From Macrostomum lignano (Eukaryota): a DNA stretch of 64,000 bases. This document shows positions 12,633-24,778 of this stretch, piece after piece. The position numbers and the translations under genes were made by a program. The notes under the pieces are model-generated. The model worked only from the letters and a program-made list of their open reading frames with translations. It made no database searches and was not told where the DNA came from. The stretch spans positions 1-64,000 of the forward strand of contig NIVC01001630.1 of the NCBI GenBank assembly GCA_002269645.1, given 5' to 3'. Each line of letters opens with the position of its first letter. Positions within the stretch are counted from its first letter, which is position 1.

Positions 12633-15600
12633 CACACTGCTCTAGAAGGGCACCGAGGGTGAAAAAAATGTACAGAAGAAAATTTTTGAATTTTTGCACT
12701 CAGTGGACTGGCCCTTATACCTGGGTGTAATATAAAAAAAATCTGCCAATTTGTTTCCAGAAAATTGGCCTTTTCTGCTTTTTCTGCAACAGTCTGCTTT
12801 TAGTTGTCAAAATTCTGGAAATTAAAAATGTTGTGCTCAATTTCTTGACTTTTTGGATATGTGGCATTGATCAAAATGTCACTACACAGTAATGACCTCT
12901 TTGATGACTGCTATAAGCTGCCAGGATGTTTCAGCCATAGACAATTTAATAAATTCCATACCTGATGATATTTTCATTATGTACGCTCATAATTCACAAG
13001 AAATTAGGAAAATGCGCAAATATTAGCCTTATTGCTTTCAAAAAGTTGGCTCTGCCATTTTGCGAAAATTCCGCATTTACATGTATTTCAAACAAAGCTA
13101 TAAATAAAAAAAGTAGGTATATTATCATTATTAATTTGCTAATACTTTTGCTTAAACTGAATGCAAAAAAATAAAGGAAGCATTTTAAAGAAATAGTATT
13201 AGATGATTTAACAGAATTAGAAGGTAAAGTTAGTATAGGTGAATTGAAAGAATATAAAAGCATTGTCATTTTTTCATTGCATGTGGCTACCAAGGTGACG
13301 CAAGAATTCATCACATATGTCTCGAGTTGTATATGATAGTGCATCGCAGCAGCCGTTGTGGATACTCTGGATGCGTTAAAGCTGTCCGAAAGCCTCTTGT
13401 CCACAGCTGGCCAAAGTCACTATGGACGGACTCGCTCGCCTGTTCGGACCAAAAGCCAAGGCCGCGATATCGAGGCTGCTTCCCATTCTCCATGTGACGG
13501 TTTTGGTGCTCAATTTCTGCCTGAAGAAACTCTGGAACATGTGCTAGTAGCGCATGTACCTTTGGACTAATGTTGATGTCCAAGCTCATATAAGCGCTGG
13601 AAAATTCCGAAATGGCTTGCTCAAATCCAGGCAGCAGCTCATTGCCAAAGCACAGTCGCTTTACATTGCTGAAGCAGCGCATAGAATGGAGAACTGGCAT
13701 CGAACTGAAAGCACAATGGTCGGTCAGGATCTGCTCAAGGATATCGACTCCTTCAAGTAGCTTGCTGCATTCATTACCATTGAATGTTCCACCATGCTGC
13801 TTTGAACGGCAGATGTTCAGCTGTCTTGTCCAGGCTGCTGCAGTCACTACGCCACCAGTGTCTGTCGTCAAGCGTGAATCAAGCTCATCAAACAGCCTAT
13901 TAACGATTCCTAACATTAGATGGAGCTCCATTGGTGGGATCAGCTGTAGAACAGGAACGCTGTCATCTGCATCCAATAGAGGTTGGTGAACACAGTTTTT
14001 GAAGCATGCAGCAGAAATGCTTTGACGTCTGCTTTTTTGATCATTTGCCTGCTGGAACTCTGTTGCTAATTGTCGAATCCGACCAATTGTGCGCGAGTTT
14101 GCTCCCGAGTTTTGCTGCACGAACTTTGACTTGGGCTGCTCGCACCATGGGCAGGGATGCGTGCTGCTACAGGCCTGTAGCCCTAGGATCAAATTCGCCA
14201 ACTTCATGTCTACGGCACAGATAAATGTTACAGCTTCAAGTCGCAAAAGTGCAAGAACTTTCTTCAGGTTGTAATAGCTTTCGCAAACATTTTCAACTAT
14301 GGCTAGCAAGATGAGCTTCTTAACTCCGCTGGCTTGTGGCTCAGAAGATGCTGCACGTTTCTCTACCTGTGCTTCTGGAAGAGAAACATCAATGATGTTT
14401 GCGCAGACTTTTAAAAAACCTCCGCCTCCATCGATTCCGATCTTTACTACAGACTCAGCGGGATTGATCTGGCGGTTCTCCATTATTCGAGACAGCAGCA
14501 GACCAACATCTGGGCAGTACGCAACGGTGCGCAGCTCTTGTTGGTCTCCCTTAATTTGCAGCGGAAGCTGTGCAACTTCGAAAAACTCTTGAAGAATGAT
14601 GTCAATCTCTCGAAGTTTTTGCTCAAGATTTGGCTCAAATGCATTGCGCCCTTGCCATTCGCGTATCTTCTGCGCTGCCTGCTTAGTTTGCCGCTGGCTT
14701 AGCCTTAGATCCCGCTTAAATTGGCTGAACTGCTCTGCAGAAATGGTATCCGCTTCCCTACTATTCAAAGATTGACGTTTCTGCTGCCCAAAACTTACTG
14801 TTAAAGATCTTCCACGAGTTGCCAGCTGGACATTCCTGCTTTCAAAGGGTCCGCTAGAAGCTTCAACCGTCTTCAGTATGTCTGAAGCCTGGATCTCAGC
14901 CCCACGCTTGTCCATTAAGAGCTGCTCAGACAGATTGGCACGCCTTTGTGTAATCGTGCAAGCGTGGCTCTTTCCTCTGCTAATTTTAGAATGGCAGCGT
15001 CCGCAAATGGTGACCGGATTGGCAGACGGCAGTGGGTCCAAACTATCAATCGGCGGGCGCCCGATGGGATGCGGTCGATGCTTAGCCGTTCCTAATCCTT
15101 GACCAATAGGATTTTCGCGTGCAATCACACAGATTTTGCACTCACATCGAGGACTTTGTCGCGTTAGTGGTGCTAGCAAGACTGACTTCATATTTAAAGC
15201 TGCTGGTAGACAATCTCGGGTCTTAATTCCAACGTCCACATCGTGCAATAAATGTCGGCACCTTGAGCAGATGGCAGTAGGTAGACGAGCATCTTCAAGA
15301 TCAGCTTCAAACTGCAGCAGACGACAGATGCGATCAGAGATTTTCTCAGTGATTGGAGAACATGAGCTACCTTTTTTGAAGCACAGTAGGCAAACTTTGA
15401 GCCTGTTTTCATCGTGAGACTTGTGGCTAGCCATTTTGGTGGGTTGATTTATCCATGAACCAAAAACGTATATATATATATATACACAATAATACTTACG
15501 CGACTCACCTGGAGTACACTTCACTTGGCTACTCAACAAATTGAAATTCTGATGCAATAAATACACTAGCAGTAGGAAGAGTTGAAATAAGAAGTAGAAA

Positions 15601-16103
15601 ATGTACATCTGTACGTGGATTATGGGTCCAATTGATTTTAATTTGTCTACGAGCGTATTCTGTTGTATCAGTCATTGTACTCAATCAGTCAAATAACAAA
15701 TTTTCCTTTAAACTGATTGTATACATTGATCAAATTATGGTTATGACTCAGCTCCAAGGTATATATTGCCAAATGCATGCAAAATTATAATGTTCAGCAT
15801 TTGTGACCCTCAAGCCAACTTTTATATTGCGCAATTCCCCTAAATTCACGAATTTGCATTTGAAAATATTATCACGTATCCAAAGAGTCAAGAAATTGAG
15901 CACAACATTTTTAATTTCCAGATTTTTGACAACTAAAAGCAGACTGTTGCAGAAAAAGCAGAAAAGGCCAATTTTCTGGAAACAAATTGGCAGATTTTTT
16001 TTATATTACACCCAGGTATAAGGGCCAGTCCACTGAGTGCAAAAATGCAAAAATTTTCTTCTGTACATTTTTTTCACCCTCGGTGCCCTTCTAGAGCAGT
16101 GTG
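12633..16103 (-). mobile_element. Full-length Chapaev-like (CMC/Transib-related) DNA transposon
   Basis: 231-bp near-perfect TIRs (12633-12863 and 15873-16103, about 4 mismatches), 5'-CACACTG...CAGTGTG-3' termini, a 4-bp target duplication GTAA (12629-32 and 16104-07) and one intact transposase ORF. Confidence 0.85.
13311..15434 (-). CDS. DDE transposase (707 aa from MASHKSH) with N-terminal Chapa-type zinc finger and RAG1/Transib-like core
   Basis: H-x7-C-x2-C...LP-x3-C-x2-C...C-x-C-x2-C N-terminus; KIGIDGGG (D1), AVDMK...GLQ...HPCPWC (D2 + CxxC), ELHLMLG, FNGNECSKLL, KVHALLAHVPEF (H-x4-H) and SEQASES (E). Confidence 0.9.
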   Translation of the reverse strand: MASHKSHDENRLKVCLLCFKKGSSCSPITEKISDRICRLLQFEADLEDARLPTAICSRCRHLLHDVDVGIKTRDCLPAALNMKSVLLAPLTRQSPRCECKICVIARENPIGQGLGTAKHRPHPIGRPPIDSLDPLPSANPVTICGRCHSKISRGKSHACTITQRRANLSEQLLMDKRGAEIQASDILKTVEASSGPFESRNVQLATRGRSLTVSFGQQKRQSLNSREADTISAEQFSQFKRDLRLSQRQTKQAAQKIREWQGRNAFEPNLEQKLREIDIILQEFFEVAQLPLQIKGDQQELRTVAYCPDVGLLLSRIMENRQINPAESVVKIGIDGGGGFLKVCANIIDVSLPEAQVEKRAASSEPQASGVKKLILLAIVENVCESYYNLKKVLALLRLEAVTFICAVDMKLANLILGLQACSSTHPCPWCEQPKSKFVQQNSGANSRTIGRIRQLATEFQQANDQKSRRQSISAACFKNCVHQPLLDADDSVPVLQLIPPMELHLMLGIVNRLFDELDSRLTTDTGGVVTAAAWTRQLNICRSKQHGGTFNGNECSKLLEGVDILEQILTDHCAFSSMPVLHSMRCFSNVKRLCFGNELLPGFEQAISEFSSAYMSLDINISPKVHALLAHVPEFLQAEIEHQNRHMENGKQPRYRGLGFWSEQASESVHSDFGQLWTRGFRTALTHPEYPQRLLRCTIIYNSRHM

Positions 16104-19100
16104 GTAAGACCACTCAGGCCTAACAGAACTATACTAAGAACTACCAGATTTATATTAAGGCAAAGTAGGGTTTAATGATCCAGTACACTTTGTGATAGGA
16201 CAAAAAGCACTGTTAAAAATTGGTGCCGACTATTTGGAATTGAAGTACAAGCCCTGGGACACAGTTAAGCATAAGTTAAGTGATAATAAGCTAAAAACTA
16301 TGCTAAAATAGTGTTGTCCAAGTTAATAAATAAAAACTAATATTAAAATAGAATGAATTATTTAGCTCACATTAGAACATATGAATAATGAATGATCTGC
16401 TAGTACTAAGTACTAAACCATGACTTGAACTTTGATTTGATTTTTAATTTTAAATCAATAAAATTACATTTATTAAGCTGGATACCATTTCAGTTCAATT
16501 CTTTATTTTTGACACCTAATACTTAATTTATCATTGCTATATTTATATAAAACCTCCAGTACCTTGTCCTAAATATCATAAAATGGCATGGTTTAACTCA
16601 TTGGTTTTATGAACCTATAAGCTTGTATTTTATTATTGTTACATAATTTTTGTTACATAATTGTTACATAAGTTAGCTAAAATGATGACAGCAATTTATA
16701 AAATGAGCAAGACAATATACATGCACAACCTCTAAAATTATGTTAGCCATGCAACTTAGTTTTGACCAAAAATGTGACTTAGTTTTGCAACTTAGTTGCT
16801 CTTGTTGCAACTTAATTTGCTTCTGTTGCAACTTGCTTTTCTTCTGCTTGACCATTTTTAATTCTTTGTACTACTTTTCTGTCTTTCCTCTTGCCTTTTT
16901 CTTTCTTTCTTGGTTCTTAGCTTTTTTGTTTTTGGTCAATTCAATTTTGCAACTTGTTTTATCAAGGTATATCTGCACTGCTTAGCCATCTTAGGCTTTT
17001 AGTCAGTGCACCTGTCACCACTTTTCCCCCTTTGGTTGTTTATGCAGTTGTGTATATGCCACCCAACCCATTGCCTGTCTGGGCCAGCCAGCTTTGGCTA
17101 GCTGCACCCCTTGCTTGTCCCGCAATTGGCTAGTGGCCCAGCCAATCAATTAGGTTGCTATTTTTCTCCAATCATAACCCTATTGCATTCTATAAGTTGT
17201 GAATTTTATAATTTTGGCTAGCTGGGTCTAGGGTAGCAATACCCTTGGGGCCTAACTAGCTAGTGCAAATATATGTATATATATATATATATATATATGT
17301 TGGCACATGTGGGGGTATGGGAGACAACCTCCATGCCAATGTAGACTCTGCTGAGTCTAGTAACTGACCAAAAAAGTTATTTACTTAAAAGTATTCACTT
17401 TCAAAATTAGAGAGTCTATCCTTATTGCCACCATTGTCACTGCTGTGTCAAGTCAAAGAATGAGTTGTGCCTGATTTAATTGCTAGTCTGGCTAGGTTCA
17501 AATTGCGCCATAGGGACAAGTTGACTAAGTCTTGCGATATGATCCTAAGCTTAGAGTCCAAATTCAGTCCAGCCAGTTGACTAATGCCATCTCTGTGCTT
17601 GTCCATAACACAGCCTCTAACAACAAACTTACCCCTGATCTACCACAATTTAGGGTGCTGTATACTCATATGCCAAAATCCTGACTGGGCAATTATACAT
17701 TCATGGCAGCAAGAAGTTGAAGAGCAAATTGACACGATAGGGGCAACCAGATTGGCCTGGTTGACCAACAATTGACCAACAACCACACATTTGTTAAATA
17801 ATTTATTTGAAGAAGAAGGAATCATTTACTTATAATCTTTGTGAAGTTCATGGTACATTTTTTGATGTTTATAAAGTAGGCAAAAATGTGTAACACGCAA
17901 AAAAGGTCATTTACTGTTGCAAAGCCTAAAAAACCTAGCGTAAGTTCCTAGGACCTTGGCATACATTTCAGTATAAAGTGGCATAGATTTTTTAGGGGAC
18001 TTTTTATTCCGGCGTATACCATGACATGATCCTGACTATGGGTATAAATATTAATAGAGCTATAAAAATGCTAGTTATATTAAAAGGTAAATATTAGGTC
18101 ATCTTCCATCAAAACTAAGCAATAATTTCTTGTTTATAAAATTAAATCAAGTAATAGAAAAGTCATACAAACAAAAATAATTTTCATAGTCTTTACTCTT
18201 TATAACAGAAAATTGATACACTCAAACAATTGTTTAAATGCCTTTCATACCCCAGTCTATTGGCATGTGGTGTAGACTGCAGACCTTCCCTCCTGGCCTC
18301 TTCCTCTCTGCAAGGGCATGCATAGCCAGGAGATGTTCCTGTACACATAGTATATACTCGAGGCTATGGCCAATGTATGCCCAAATTTTTGGGCATATAC
18401 TATATGATCTAGAGTATCAGAGTAATTTTAATGTATTAATTTTTAGTTATACAAAAAGTAAGTTAGACCCTTATTAGACCAAAATGATTGTAGAATCCTA
18501 TTTATACTTATAGGAAAATACATTACTGAATAAACCAAAATTTCCAAGAAAATCAAAACATGAAAATGTTATAACTTTTTGATTACTTGGCCAAATTTAA
18601 TGAATGAGATGTCAAAATGCTTGTCAATGTTTTTATTACATAAGAAAATACAAAAGACAAAATCTTTCTTTCTAGTCTCTAGACTGTCTTTAGCCTAGCT
18701 TTAGTAAGAACTAAGCCTATAGTTTAATATTTATTATTCAATAGGCCTAATCAATATTATAATTGTGGTAGTTGCAGACTCCCACTAACAAATTTTTAAT
18801 TTCATAATAACATTTTATGGACTCTCCCATTTGTTGCTGCCCTATTTCTGGCCCTATCTGTCCACCCCTTGGCAAAATCTATGACGTGTTTTTGTCCCTC
18901 TTTCTGGCATCACTTTCCTTTTTCTAGTTTTTTATGCCCTTTTTCTGTTTTGTTTTGTTTTTCTTTATGCATCTCTGTGGAACTTTTGCTCGCCAAGTTC
19001 TGGGCCTTGGTCTTGGTGTCCATGCCCTATTCCCATTCTCTGGACCACTTTGCCCACCTTCTGCTCCTCTTTTGTTATTTAACTAGGCCTCTTTTTGCCT

Positions 19101-19651
19101 GTCTCCAAAAGGCTTGCCTCCCCTTTTTGGTTTTTTGTTTTCTAGTCATTTTATGGCTTACTCAAATTAATTTAATAATACTTGATTTTAATACTTGCTA
19201 TTCATTTTCAGTTAAGTAAACCCTATTACTAAAGACTAGTGACTCGAGTTTAGTTAGTTTAGGGCCCCGCATCGTGGCTTCCCTGAACCATTTCTGTCGT
19301 TGGGTTGACTCCAGTATATTTATAATATCCAGCTGCTGATTTAATAAACTAATGTCAATTTGTTCTTTGTTTAAGACTTAATTAAAAGCCATAGCCTATC
19401 TTAAGTCATTTGCCTGTGGGGAATAAAATAACCAAGTTCTCAACTCAAAGAAAGCTCTAAGACTTCAACGTTTTGTAATATGAAATTACAGTAGTGGCAG
19501 CACTACTCTACTGGAAATAATCAGTCAAGCATTAGAGGTACATCAATTTGGTGTCTGAGGACCCTATCTAAAAGTTCACACCTAACAAAGACCGCTCATC
19601 TATGACCAAACTACCCCCCCCCCTAGAATTGAGGACCCCGGCAGCCAGAGT

Positions 19652-22600
19652 CAATGGTGTAGCGAGGGGGGTATTAGTGTATCGGCTGATACCCCCAAAA
19701 TTTGATGTCTCAAATTTTTTTGCATTCAGTTTCTTTGAAAGAAATGAATTAATTGTTTTTTAAATCTATGTTAGGAAATTAGAGATAGTGTAGCAAGTAC
19801 AAAACTTTAGGCAAATTCTGGTGATTCATTCCACAGTCTTGAGGGTTGTTATTGCATGAGCCCTAGGGGTTCCAGTTCTATTTTAGTGAGTGACTTGTCA
19901 CTCAACTCACTCGAGTCATGGTCCTCATGGACTGGACTGCAAGTGCAATGAAATGAAATGAATCAAAAAGCAGAATGGGATGCAAGGACCCAGTGTAACA
20001 CTGTTTGGCTAGAATTTACCCTTTTCTTTAAAGCCAAAATAGCTGGAATGGAGTCCGAACTTGCTGAGGCCTGGATATTGAGGCCTGGAGTTGAATTTTT
20101 CTCTCCTAGTCACAATCTCAGGACCCCACCCAACCCCAGTATGCATGTATTATATATACATGTTGGTTGGCCCTGCCCCGCCCTGGCCTTACTCCACCCC
20201 TTCCCCTTTCATCCCCGACCCCTTCCCCTCCCAGCTCTTAATTAAATTGACACAGCCTGTTTTAATAAAGCAATGGATATTGACTTTTGTTATCTGTGAC
20301 TGTTATAAGCCTCGCCCTCTACTAGTTTATTATTGAAGAAACAATGAGCAAGCGAAAGGTGCAGTCTCATGACATCCATTCATTATTTGATAACTTTAAG
20401 AGGTCTTGCCCACCTCCTGTGCCTTCTGAGCCTTCTGACTCTGAGCTTTCTGCTAGTACAGCAGCTGCAACTGGGGCTGGACCATGCTTGACTGGCTCTA
20501 TTTCATCTGCAGTGCCTGTACTGCCTCTGGCTTTGCCTACTAAATGTGAACCAGAATGCTCAGCGTCACCGACACCTATTGCTGAGAATGACATAGGATA
20601 CACTGTTGAGCTTTGTCTAAAAGGAAAGCTGGACACATCTTTGCGATTGCTATTCCTCAAGGACTGCTAGGTGTCACCACCTGGATACTCATTCCCTTTC
20701 ACTCTTAAGTCAGACAAGGGCAATCTGCACAAGCGCTATTTGTCATACTAGCATCTAACTGGTCCTAATGCATGCTTTGCATATTCTGCAAAGCTTTGCG
20801 GTGTATTCTGCAAGTAAGTCAGCCTAAAAATGGATTGCATGATTACATGAATACTATATGCTAATATGCATAATTGTTTTGTATACTTTTTAATTATGTA
20901 ATGGAGAATTAATACTCTAGACTTAGTGAACTTAACTTAGTGCTCCTTTCCTTATCCATTCCTTTCTCCTATGTAGGTACTGTGTCCTCTTTCTTCCAAC
21001 TGACTTTGCAAGTCATGGACAAATAGTTGATACCTTTGTGACCACTCCTTGCACCAAGTTTGATGTCATCACAACAAAGCTAAAGAAGCATTTGCAGAGA
21101 GACTACCATCGCTGTGACTCTGTGCTCAAAACCAATGCAATGCTATCTGGAACGAATATTGGCCATATGCTGGACACTGCTCATGCAAAGCTTGTGCAGG
21201 AGAATAGGGAGTGACTAAAGCATGTTATTGAGCCAGTTGAGTTTCTTGCTTGCTGTGGTCTGGCCTTTCGAGGCCATTGGGACTGTGGACCCATTGAGCT
21301 CCATTCAGATGGAACAATAGATTACAATAAGGGCAACTTTGTTGCGCTGCTACAGCTTCTTGCCAAGCACGACCCAGTTCTACATGAGCATCTTTGCACT
21401 GGTCCATCAAATGCCAAGTACACATGTGCTGAATTGCAGAATGACATCATTAAAGCACTCTCTGATGTCATGACCTGAGACCTTGTAAAGGACATCAACA
21501 AGACAGGCTACTTTACACTTCTTGCCAATAAAACTACTGATTCTTCTCACAAAGAAAAGATGTCTGTTTGCATTAGATTTGTTGACCAGCATGCTGGAAC
21601 TGTCCATGAGAAGTTCATTCTGCTTCGTTTACATTGAAGATCTCACTGGCATGGGACTTGCAACAAAGCTACTTCAGACACTTGATGCTCTCCACATCAT
21701 GGCTCAACTTGTTGGACAGGGTTACAATGGAGCTTTAGCTATGTCTGGTAGGTTCAATGGAGTCCAAGCAGTCATTCGCGAGCAGCTTGGACGACCCATT
21801 GCTATCTATGTACACTGCGCTGCACACAATCTAAACCTATTACTCCAAGATGCCTATAAGCTTGAATCAATTCGTGCTGCAGTTACCGCTGTCAACATAG
21901 TCACAGTCTTCATTCGGAGTCTTCATCTCCACAGAGGACAGCTCTGCTTGAAAGAAAGATCAAAGAGTTGATTCCCAAGTCATCAGTGAAACAACTGCTC
22001 TAGCATTGTAAGAACAGGTGGGTGGAGAAGCAAGAGGCATTCATCCGATTTAACCTGCTCTTCCTAGCAATCATTGAAACACTGGAGGAGATTAGCACAT
22101 GGGGTGGCGATGCAGGTAGCAATTCTCAAAACTACCTAAAGCTTTTGCTAGACAGTGAGCATGCCATTGCAGGCCACATTGTGGATGCTATGCTCACCAT
22201 CACGAAGCCATTGTCTGAAAAGTTGCAGAGTATTGATCTTGATCTTGTTGATTGTGTCAGCGAAGTCAAGGCTGTCATTGACGTGCTTCGAGATCTCCAC
22301 ACCAATGAGGACCACTACAATAGGCTCTTTGATTCTACAGAGAAGGCACTAGGCGAACCACTTCAGAAGTCGCAAGCCAATGCTAGGTGTCGGCACATGC
22401 ATTGTGCCAACCCCGATGTCTTATTTACATGTGATTACTTTTGCATAGTGATGTATATTCCATTCCTAGATGGAGTCATCACTGTCCTAGAGGAGCGCTT
22501 CAGTTCCCACATACAGCTCGCACTCCAGATGGCTCAACTTCTTCCTTATTATGTTGTTAACAACAGTTTTGACAGTGTGAAGAAGGCAGCTGAGCTTTAC

Positions 22601-23590
22601 ATTGGACAGTTGGAGGGACTTGGCATTGTGGGACATTGAAGCAGAATTTCTGCTTTGGAAGAAGTGTTGGCAGAGTGTTGATCCAACAACCTGACCGCAA
22701 ATCATCCTAAAGACACTGGCAAATTCAGCTGTCAGCCTCCAGAGCTTTCCTAACATCCGCTTTCTGTTGCAAGTTCTGGCCACAATTCCTGTCTCCACGG
22801 CAACTGCTGAGCGGTCGTTCAGCCAGCTTTGTCCTCTGAAGTCATACCTGCGTTCCACAATGGGACAGGAGCGACTGACAGGATTGGCCCAGTTTCTTAT
22901 TCACAAGGACATCAAGGTGAATGTAGATGCAGTTGTTGACCAGTTTGCTCAAAATGGGTGTCGTAGAATTGATCTTGTGTAGCAATCTTTTAGTATTATT
23001 TAATGGCTTATTATGAAATGACTAATGTTTGTTTGTGCATTAAATAAACACAACAAAATTACGATTAATGAGATAGATAAATATACTCACGCAGTGCAAC
23101 TGCAAAATTTGTCACTTCTCAATTGCTAAAATGGTGAAATTTAATACATTTTTATCTGTAAAACTATTTTTTCAACTTACTTTATCATCTTTATGTCTAG
23201 ACTCTAGGGGCATTTACACTTAGAATTTTTTGTATTTTACTTTTACTGCATATCAGCCAGTCCTGTGAGTCTGTGACCCCTGTCAAACAACTCTACTCAG
23301 ACTGCTCTTGCTGTTGCTATCTGTATTGCATGTTGATGTTATTGCTATTATATGTATATTTACCTATATTTCAAGACATGTTTTTTTACTACAAGCATAT
23401 GCATCAAATTTAACTTGCTCTTCCTGGCAAATTTATTCAAATAAAAAATTAAAATGCTACAAATTGATGGTAGACCCATGGCATAAGGAAAGCTTGGTTA
23501 TTTTTGACAGTTAAGACCAACAAACAAATATAGGATTACGCTAGATAGAACCAAAACTAATATCCCCAAAAAATCTTGGCTACACCCCTG
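19652..23590 (+). mobile_element. hAT-superfamily DNA transposon (ZMYM1/THAP12-like transposase), decayed
   Basis: Perfect 8-bp TSD gccagagt (19644-51 and 23591-98); termini caatggtgtagcga / tggctacacccctg. Fragmented ORFs contain AYS...GVFCK|YC, LAFRGH...KGNF...LQNDII, GQGYNGA..MSG, YVHCAAHNLNL and the dimerisation motif LATIPVSTATAERSFSQL..LKSYLRSTMGQERLTGLA; probable intron at about 20816-20976. Confidence 0.92.
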
Positions 23591-24778
23591 GCCAGAGTAA
23601 CAGGAGAAACTTCAGATATTTCCGCAATATTTCTAGATTTAATTAGTGCGAATTCAACATTAGTGGCAATTCAAAATAAAACCACCCCACCTCATTCCTG
23701 TCAACAAACCCTACCAAATTTACCACCAAATATAGCTTCATTCTCTGCCCCCACCTTATAATAATAAAATTGATCCTGCCATTAAGATTAATGTTGTTAT
23801 TATTATTATCACAATCTATTGCTTTTAAATTGACCTAAGATTAAAAGGATTATTCTTTGTTAAATATGCTATTTTTTAGTGTTTAATAGTTTATTATTAT
23901 CGTGCTAAAATTAGCAATGTCTTTACTAATAATTATTAGTATTGCTAATAAAAAAATACAATAGATAAATATTTGAAATAGTAACTACAAAAAACATTAC
24001 AGGGGCCTGGCCTAGTAGTTATTATATTATTAACATTTGATAAAATTCAAATAAAGATTTACACCTACCATTTAATTGACGATGCAACAGAAGAGCAGAT
24101 TTTTCTGTAGCCATGTTAATTTTCAAAAAGAATAGACCAAATGAAATATTAAATTTGTGTTGTACTGTTGTACAATAGTAAAAAGTAGGCAGCCACAAAT
24201 GTTTTTAATTTAAAATTTAGACAGTTTATTTTGCAGTTAACCGTGTAAGCCTAACTCCTAACCATTCAGTATGTTTGCTCTCTAATAATGTCCAAATAGT
24301 TAAGTCTCGGAGCAAAGCTCAGAGTCAAAACTGTCTATTAATTTCTGCTTTTTCAAACAGCTGGTTTTATGTGCTATGTGTACAGAAAAAATAATATCTG
24401 GAAATTCACCAAATGGCGTGAAGTTTAGGCCAATTTAATTTTTAGTAGTTCATTTTGATCCCGAGGTAAAAAGGAGTATCAAATGTGCGAAAGCAGTCGG
24501 TAGCAGCGAATTGGTATACGACAAAGCTTAAGTTCCAGTGTAGAATGTTGCGGTGGTTAAATTGAGTTGTTGGGGACTGAAGAGTTGACGGATGACCAAT
24601 ATTTATATTTTAAGTCTTCTTATTTACTTAATGCATATAAAGAATCAAACTCTTTTTGTATATAAAAATCCTTTTATTGTTTTTTAAACTTTTGTTATGC
24701 AAATGTTCGACTGATTTGTTAAATTTGATTTTTACAACAATTTGTAGATTTAAAATTTAAAAAAATTTATATTTATGC

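Noticed and set aside
15435-15608. 58-codon N-terminal extension of the transposase ORF
   Set aside because: AT-rich, contains a (TA)n tract and a donor-like site; the zinc finger starts just after ATG 15434.
16740-19150. Lys/Arg-rich minus-strand reading frames (about 16740-16990 and 18870-19150)
   Set aside because: They look like decayed coding DNA but are riddled with stops and show no assignable motif.
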